Assembly: GCA_049607505.1 (NCBI GenBank) | Contig: JBMYWO010000001.1 | Coordinates: 1-63,629 of the forward strand | Length of the DNA stretch: 63,629 nt | Direction of reading: 5' to 3' | Source of the DNA: Polaribacter sp. | GTDB taxonomy: Bacteria > Bacteroidota > Bacteroidia > Flavobacteriales > Flavobacteriaceae | Made by a program: the position numbers and the translations under genes | Part shown: in pieces, positions 58,113-63,629 of the stretch | Layout of the letters: every line of letters starts with the position of its first letter | How positions within the stretch are numbered: the stretch's first letter is position 1 | The notes under the pieces: generated by a model | The model's input: the letters and a program-made list of their open reading frames with translations, nothing else | Databases searched by the model: none | Told to the model about the DNA's origin: nothing

Positions 58113-61100
58113 CTATTTTAAAAGCGAAACTTCTATTCTTTCTACTTCTCCGCTTCTTGCAAAAATTGTATGACTAACTTCTTTGTCTAGTTTTAAACCG
58201 TCAAATTTTTTATGGGAGTTATCTCTAAAAAATATTTCTGTTTGAATTTTATTTGAAATTTTATACATAATAGGAACTTGACAATAGGTGAAACAAAGTG
58301 AATTTTTTTCTAAAATTATCGTTTTTATTTCTTTGTTAATGTCTGTATATGTAAAGTTTTTTTGTTCAGACAAAAATTCTTTTCTTCTTAATAATTTTGG
58401 ATTAAAAAGTAAGACTCCATTTTTAACAAAAACTCCTAATTCTCCAAACCTACATAAAACATCTTCTTTTACTTGCCCTGTCATTCCTGGTTGTTGCGCT
58501 CCTTTTCCTGCGGGTGTATGCGAATATGGATCTGTTGGAAAAGCACCATATAATTCTGGTGATTTATGTACGCCAATTCCTTCGTTAATTTCGTAATAAT
58601 GTTCTAACAATCTACCTATTACTTCTTCACTTTCATTATTATTAATTGCTTGTAAACAACTTTCTTGAACCGCCAAAAGCAATTTGGAAACCATGTGCCA
58701 ATAAATAGAACCCAATCCTTCATACCCAAAAAATGTTCCTGATCTTCCGGTAAATGATTTATGATCAAACATTTCTTCAAAAATGTCTAGCAATAATGAT
58801 TTTTCTTCATTAATTAATCGTTGGTATTTTTCTTCTGATAACTCGCCTAATGCCTTTTTTAAACTATCTGCATTATTAAAATCGCCATTAAAATGATATT
58901 CGCCAAGAATATCTTTTTCTAAAATCTGTGTATTTCCGTCTGCAACAAGTTGTTGTAATAATTTTGATTTTTTTACTGATTCAGAAGGAATTATATTCTT
59001 ATTTACAAATCGAGATAATTCTTTATTTGGGTATAATATATAACTGTATTGATCTTCTCTAAAAAGTGGACTTGCTTTTAACGCATCTAACAATTCTAAT
59101 GATGATTCTCCGGAAATATACCCTGAGCTTAACACAGCAACTTGTCCTTCTAACATTTCTGGCAAGTACGAAATAGAAACTTCAGAATCGTTTTTTACCG
59201 TCATTAAATTATAAGCATGAAATAAATTATCTTCTCTTTTATTTGCCGCAATAGTATGATCTAAATATTGTTTTGTAAGGTTAAAAAACTCAATTAAATT
59301 ATCTTTTGAAACGGTTTCTTTATCACTGGAAAAACCATTTTTATAAATTTTAATTCTGTAATCACTTCCAGCATTACCCAAACCATCTAAAATGGTTTTT
59401 CTATCTGTATCTGAAATTTTACCTGACAGAACATTAGTATGATCACTTAAAGTAGTTACAACCGTTTTGAAGAAAGTTGATAATTCTGTAGAAACTAAAT
59501 ACTTTTCTTCGGAAGAGTTTTCAACAATATTTTCAAAAAAATGGATAAATCTTTTTAAATAATAGAGTGTTACCATAGAAACTCCATTACCCACCAGTGC
59601 ATTATTGGCATCATTCCATTCGGGTCTTTGGGTATTTAACCAAATACCTCCTTCTGGAATAAAGTTTGAAATTTTTGCTAAAACGGTTGCTAATAGTTTT
59701 TCTATTAAATTTACTTTATGAATAAAGAAATTTTTATCTCTTAATAATGCACCATCTGCTGCTAATCGTTCTTTTTCTTGATTTATTTTTTCATCTAATT
59801 GGTAATCAAAATCAATGGTGTCTTTTGGGTTTTTTAAGGTATCTTGATAACTTTTTATTTTATAAGGTACATTGGCATACACAAAAAGATCTTGTGTGAA
59901 ACAACTTGATAATTTATTTGGATAGTGATTTTCTATAAACTCTAAAAATTTTAGCAAATAAATGATTTGATGATCACCCCAATATCCAATATAAGACCAA
60001 GGGTCATTTTCTTCAATGGTTTCCCAATCAAAACCGCCTTTGGTAACTCTATACGGGTTGTATCCTTCAAAAGTGGTTGCATTCAAAAACTTGTGAATCA
60101 TTCCTTCTATAAAGGCGGGATATGAATGTGCTAATGCTTCCCAATTTTGAAAAATGTCTCTCCAATTTCCTTGGTAATCTAAAATTTTAGAACCGTCTAT
60201 TTCACTACGTGTGTTGATAGAAAACTTGTTCCAAGGTCTACTTGGGTCTCCGTGTCTTCTGCTAAATTTTAGCGGTAAATATTCAAAACACAGTCTTTTA
60301 AAATTTTTGTCTTCATCTTGATTAGCAAGGTTTTTTATAAAATCAACATTAAAAACTGTTGGTAAATTCTTTAAAATTTCTTCTTTATGTTTGGCTGTTT
60401 TTTTATTGGCTTTTGCAATGTATTGTACAAAATCTACTTTTTCTATTTGATAATTATCATCAAAAATACCGCCTCTCATACTATTGAAAAGTGTATTGGC
60501 AAAATGTCTTGTATTTCTTAATTTGTTATTGCCAAGTTGAATTCCGTCCGCAGCTCCTGCTAGTTCTAAAAGATGTGTAGTTCCTGCATCAACATCTTCT
60601 TGTATTAATTTTTGTAAATCAGTATTGTTTTTTATTTTTTCAGAAATAGCATTAATGTTACTTATGGTTTGATTTACATTAGCAATCAGCATCCAGCTTT
60701 TCTCATTGTTTGCTTCTAAATGAATATCTTTAGAAATAAAATACGCTCCTTTTTCTGCCCTTATATCTCTTTCTTGATGAATTTGGTTTCCATTTCTAAA
60801 ATGGTCTAATTGTAAGGAAGAAATTAAATAGGTAGGATTTTCAATACCTAAAGACCAGACTATATTGGATTTTAATGCTTCACTAGGTTCTGCTCTATCT
60901 ACAATAATGGCACTTAACGCATAAATACCAATGCCTGTTTCTGCTTCTAATTCGCATTTTTTATAAGCATCTACTAAATTACTACTGCTATTTTGTAAAT
61001 CTGACGAAACGCCATAAGGAAGTATATTTTGAATTCCATCTAGAATTGTTATAGCTATTTTTTCATTTGAATTGTTTATGATTTTCGCTTTTCTAACAAA

Positions 61101-61574
61101 ACCAAATTGGTTACTAGAACTCCATTGATACCTAAAAGAAATTCCTAAATCTTCATTTATTTCCTCAAAAAGAACTTTATTCCCATACTTATTTTTATAC
61201 AAATTTCTTTTAATAGAATAAACTCCTTGATACTTATTTGAAAACGGTTCCCACAAAAATGTTTTATCATTTTTATGAACTTGTATACTAGTTTTGCTTC
61301 CTGTAATTTCTGCTGATTCAGTTATTTTATCGTCTGTATAATAAGGAAATAATGCGTTGTTTGCATCTTTTCTACCCGCTGTTAATCCACCATTACTAGA
61401 TATAAACATCCAATGGTTGGAGTTGCTAACGAGACTCATAAAAAAGGGTCTCATTTTATTACTATTGGAAATCTTATAATAAACTTCATTATCAAAATTT
61501 ACTACTTCTCCTTTTACGTTTAATGATTGGTTATTTGCTTTATTTTTTCCTAAATAAATAGTTTTTTTGGTCAT
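58113..61574 (-). CDS. Probable GH149 beta-1,3-glucan phosphorylase
   Basis: 1153 aa, no signal peptide; FSRRHGDPSRPW, YQGNWRDIFQNWE, PTDPYSHTP..GAQQPGMTGQVKE; sits with GH16/GH17. Confidence 0.78.
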   Translation of the reverse strand: MTKKTIYLGKNKANNQSLNVKGEVVNFDNEVYYKISNSNKMRPFFMSLVSNSNHWMFISSNGGLTAGRKDANNALFPYYTDDKITESAEITGSKTSIQVHKNDKTFLWEPFSNKYQGVYSIKRNLYKNKYGNKVLFEEINEDLGISFRYQWSSSNQFGFVRKAKIINNSNEKIAITILDGIQNILPYGVSSDLQNSSSNLVDAYKKCELEAETGIGIYALSAIIVDRAEPSEALKSNIVWSLGIENPTYLISSLQLDHFRNGNQIHQERDIRAEKGAYFISKDIHLEANNEKSWMLIANVNQTISNINAISEKIKNNTDLQKLIQEDVDAGTTHLLELAGAADGIQLGNNKLRNTRHFANTLFNSMRGGIFDDNYQIEKVDFVQYIAKANKKTAKHKEEILKNLPTVFNVDFIKNLANQDEDKNFKRLCFEYLPLKFSRRHGDPSRPWNKFSINTRSEIDGSKILDYQGNWRDIFQNWEALAHSYPAFIEGMIHKFLNATTFEGYNPYRVTKGGFDWETIEENDPWSYIGYWGDHQIIYLLKFLEFIENHYPNKLSSCFTQDLFVYANVPYKIKSYQDTLKNPKDTIDFDYQLDEKINQEKERLAADGALLRDKNFFIHKVNLIEKLLATVLAKISNFIPEGGIWLNTQRPEWNDANNALVGNGVSMVTLYYLKRFIHFFENIVENSSEEKYLVSTELSTFFKTVVTTLSDHTNVLSGKISDTDRKTILDGLGNAGSDYRIKIYKNGFSSDKETVSKDNLIEFFNLTKQYLDHTIAANKREDNLFHAYNLMTVKNDSEVSISYLPEMLEGQVAVLSSGYISGESSLELLDALKASPLFREDQYSYILYPNKELSRFVNKNIIPSESVKKSKLLQQLVADGNTQILEKDILGEYHFNGDFNNADSLKKALGELSEEKYQRLINEEKSLLLDIFEEMFDHKSFTGRSGTFFGYEGLGSIYWHMVSKLLLAVQESCLQAINNNESEEVIGRLLEHYYEINEGIGVHKSPELYGAFPTDPYSHTPAGKGAQQPGMTGQVKEDVLCRFGELGVFVKNGVLLFNPKLLRRKEFLSEQKNFTYTDINKEIKTIILEKNSLCFTYCQVPIMYKISNKIQTEIFFRDNSHKKFDGLKLDKEVSHTIFARSGEVERIEVSLLK

Positions 61575-61600
61575 TTGGTTGTTGATTCTATCAGGGTTGA

Positions 61601-61633
61601 AGACCTTTCAGGTTTTGAAAACCTGAAAGGTCT
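61601..61633. repeat. Perfect REP-like palindrome
   Basis: AGACCTTTCAGGTTTT-G-AAAACCTGAAAGGTCT; relatives at 54955 and 26061. Confidence 0.8.
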
Positions 61634-61644
61634 AGTTTGATAAT

Positions 61645-61679
61645 AAAAAAGGTCGGACAATGAAAAAAATCCGACCTTT
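61645..61679 (-). terminator. Terminator/attenuator downstream of GH16
   Basis: AAAGGTCGGA / TCCGACCTTT stem with a U-tract on the minus strand. Confidence 0.65.
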
Positions 61680-61697
61680 ATGAATAAATTTAAAAAG

Positions 61698-63350
61698 TTA
61701 TCGATACACTTTTACATAATCAATTTCCATCATATCTTCTGTAAATGCGGGGTCTATAGTACCGCCTAATGTACCTCCCATAGCTACATTAAGAATTAAG
61801 AAAAAGTCTGCATTAAATGGCGTAGTTGAATTGTTTGCAAAGGTATGGAAGAGTACATCATCTAAATAAAATTGAATTGAAGTATCTGTCCATTCTACAG
61901 TATAATTATGAAATTCACTTGAAGCATTTGTAATAGCCGTTGATTCCGAAGGGCCATTTCCTGCAAAGTTCCCCGGGTAATGCAAGGTACTAAGAACGGT
62001 ATTTTTATCCTGCCCTGTTTGCTCCATAATATCCATTTCTCCAGAAGCTGGCCATCCAACCGTAGGGAAGTTAGCTCCTAACATCCAAATTGCTGGCCAT
62101 GTACCTGTTGCCGCAGGCAATTTTGCCCGTACTTCTACTCTACCGTAGGTAAATGCGTATAATCCTTGTGTTTTTAATCTTGCTGATGTATAACCGCCTC
62201 CATTGGCTTTTGCTATTATTTTTAATGAACCTCCTTCTACTTTTACATTTTCTGCATTGTTGGTATAGGTTTGAGATTCACCATTACCCCAACCTCCAGC
62301 ACCAAGGTCATACGTCCATTTGGTAGCGTCTGGTGTTCCGTCAGTATTAAAATCATCTTCCCAAGCTAAAGTATTGTATTGATAGTCAGGGTCTTGAATG
62401 GGTTTTGTAGAAGTAAATCTATGATACCACGCAAATCCGTCTCCAACTTGAATAATTCTAACAATCAATTCATCATTTGTTATTGAAATAATATCGTAAG
62501 TGCTAGCTCCTACAAACCATCCCATAAAACCTCCATCGGAAATTTCAAAAGTGGTTCCTCTATAAGGTTCGTTATTGTAAGATCCTTCTACGGCAGCTTT
62601 GGATGAGGAAGGTGCAAAAGAAACATTTTTTACTCCAAACATTGTCGTTGCAACTGTTTGGTCATGACATTGATCGCCTGCTACGCCAATTTCACTTGCA
62701 TAGGCTCCAGGAACAAATGCGGGTCCAACAGTTTGTTCAAAGGTAATTCCGTTGGCTGTTCTTGTAAATACAAACTCATTGTCATACATACAAGATTTTT
62801 CGCTGTCAAAAGGCCCTATGGTATTCCACCACGCTTCATAGGCAAACTCACCATTTCCATAATCATCGGTTACAGGGCCTAAACCTACGTGTGTATTTAC
62901 ATCGGCTTGCCAATACCATTTTTTACTATCGCCTACATTTGCGCCACTTAAAAAGTTTTCTGCTTCTACATCTGTAAAAGAACTAAATACTTCCACATCT
63001 ATAGAGGTTGTAGAAGATACTCCGCCTTTTCCGTTTGCTTTTACAATAACTGTATAGGTATTTACGCCCACTCTAGAAAATCTTTTTGTAATATTTCCCG
63101 AAGGGGAAGCTGTTGCAGATCCGTCAAAATAGTAAACATAAGATATTGCATTGTCTGCTCTGGCTGTAAAATTTACCATTCCACTACCATCTCCATTTGG
63201 ATTGCTAGCATCTACACCAATTATTTCTGCTGTAATAACAACATTAGAAGGAGTTATAATATCTCCAAATTCATAATCGTTTTCTTGACAACCAAAAAAA
63301 GTAAGGGCTATCGAAAATAATACGATATACATATTTTTAAATTTTTTCAT
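61698..63350 (-). CDS. GH16 laminarinase lipoprotein with N-terminal PKD-like domain
   Basis: Lipobox FFGC; WPAIWMLG, catalytic EMDIME, GWGNGESQ.Y, YTSARL. Confidence 0.93.
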   Translation of the reverse strand: MKKFKNMYIVLFSIALTFFGCQENDYEFGDIITPSNVVITAEIIGVDASNPNGDGSGMVNFTARADNAISYVYYFDGSATASPSGNITKRFSRVGVNTYTVIVKANGKGGVSSTTSIDVEVFSSFTDVEAENFLSGANVGDSKKWYWQADVNTHVGLGPVTDDYGNGEFAYEAWWNTIGPFDSEKSCMYDNEFVFTRTANGITFEQTVGPAFVPGAYASEIGVAGDQCHDQTVATTMFGVKNVSFAPSSSKAAVEGSYNNEPYRGTTFEISDGGFMGWFVGASTYDIISITNDELIVRIIQVGDGFAWYHRFTSTKPIQDPDYQYNTLAWEDDFNTDGTPDATKWTYDLGAGGWGNGESQTYTNNAENVKVEGGSLKIIAKANGGGYTSARLKTQGLYAFTYGRVEVRAKLPAATGTWPAIWMLGANFPTVGWPASGEMDIMEQTGQDKNTVLSTLHYPGNFAGNGPSESTAITNASSEFHNYTVEWTDTSIQFYLDDVLFHTFANNSTTPFNADFFLILNVAMGGTLGGTIDPAFTEDMMEIDYVKVYR

Positions 63351-63369
63351 ACTATACATCTTTACTTAA

Positions 63370-63629
63370 TTAATTTGTTAATGCTAATTCGTCATAGTAG
63401 TACACAGAGTCATCACCTACATTTCCAAAATCAAAGAATATGACAACTCTTACGTAATCTGCTGTTGGTGCGCTACTAAAATTATATACTAATTCTTCCC
63501 ATGTATTCAATACGCTCGTATTCAAATCTACTTCATAAACAATACTGGCATCTGCATTTTCTATTTTTAGCTTCACTTGTGCGCCTACTTTTGGAGACCA
63601 CGTTTTGACACTAATTTTGCTATAGTTTG
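63370..63629 (-). CDS. 3' end of a PUL surface protein with CBM-like domain (5' beyond window)
   Basis: Frame open to the window edge: ...KTWSPKVGAQVKLKIEN...WEELVYNFS...IFFDFG...YYYDEL. Confidence 0.7.
   Translation of the reverse strand, partial: NYSKISVKTWSPKVGAQVKLKIENADASIVYEVDLNTSVLNTWEELVYNFSSAPTADYVRVVIFFDFGNVGDDSVYYYDELALTN

Overview
AT-rich chromosomal window from a marine-type Flavobacteriaceae (Bacteroidota; Polaribacter/Tenacibaculum-like is inferred from gene content, T9SS genes and TAnnTTTG promoters). Housekeeping genes (rlmB, menC, ppx, sixA, pdxH, dnaN, eno, gltA, rbfA) alternate with three tandem SusC/SusD pairs lacking CAZymes, a T9SS cargo cluster, IS1595 and ISAs1 remnants, and the distal part of a laminarin-type PUL (GH16, probable GH149, GH17, GH2-like/GH158, MFS). 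Two candidate defence modules sit at core-gene boundaries: C5-methyltransferase + DUF262 + HEPN, and an EcoRV-like R-M pair with integron-cassette-like flanks. The most unusual structure is inside the PUL: a 342-aa gene coupled to a Doc toxin carries an in-frame hairpin, and its upstream region holds two divergent copies of that same 60-bp coding segment with hairpin-preserving changes. A neighbouring dinD gene also contains a perfect 32-bp in-frame palindrome. Other observations: a candidate ~65-nt sRNA upstream of eno, a MITE nested in REP-like palindromes, a 20-bp palindromic element inside a CDS, a probable ATC start codon, and two small ORFs missed by the ORF track. All family calls come from motif recognition; no database searches were run.
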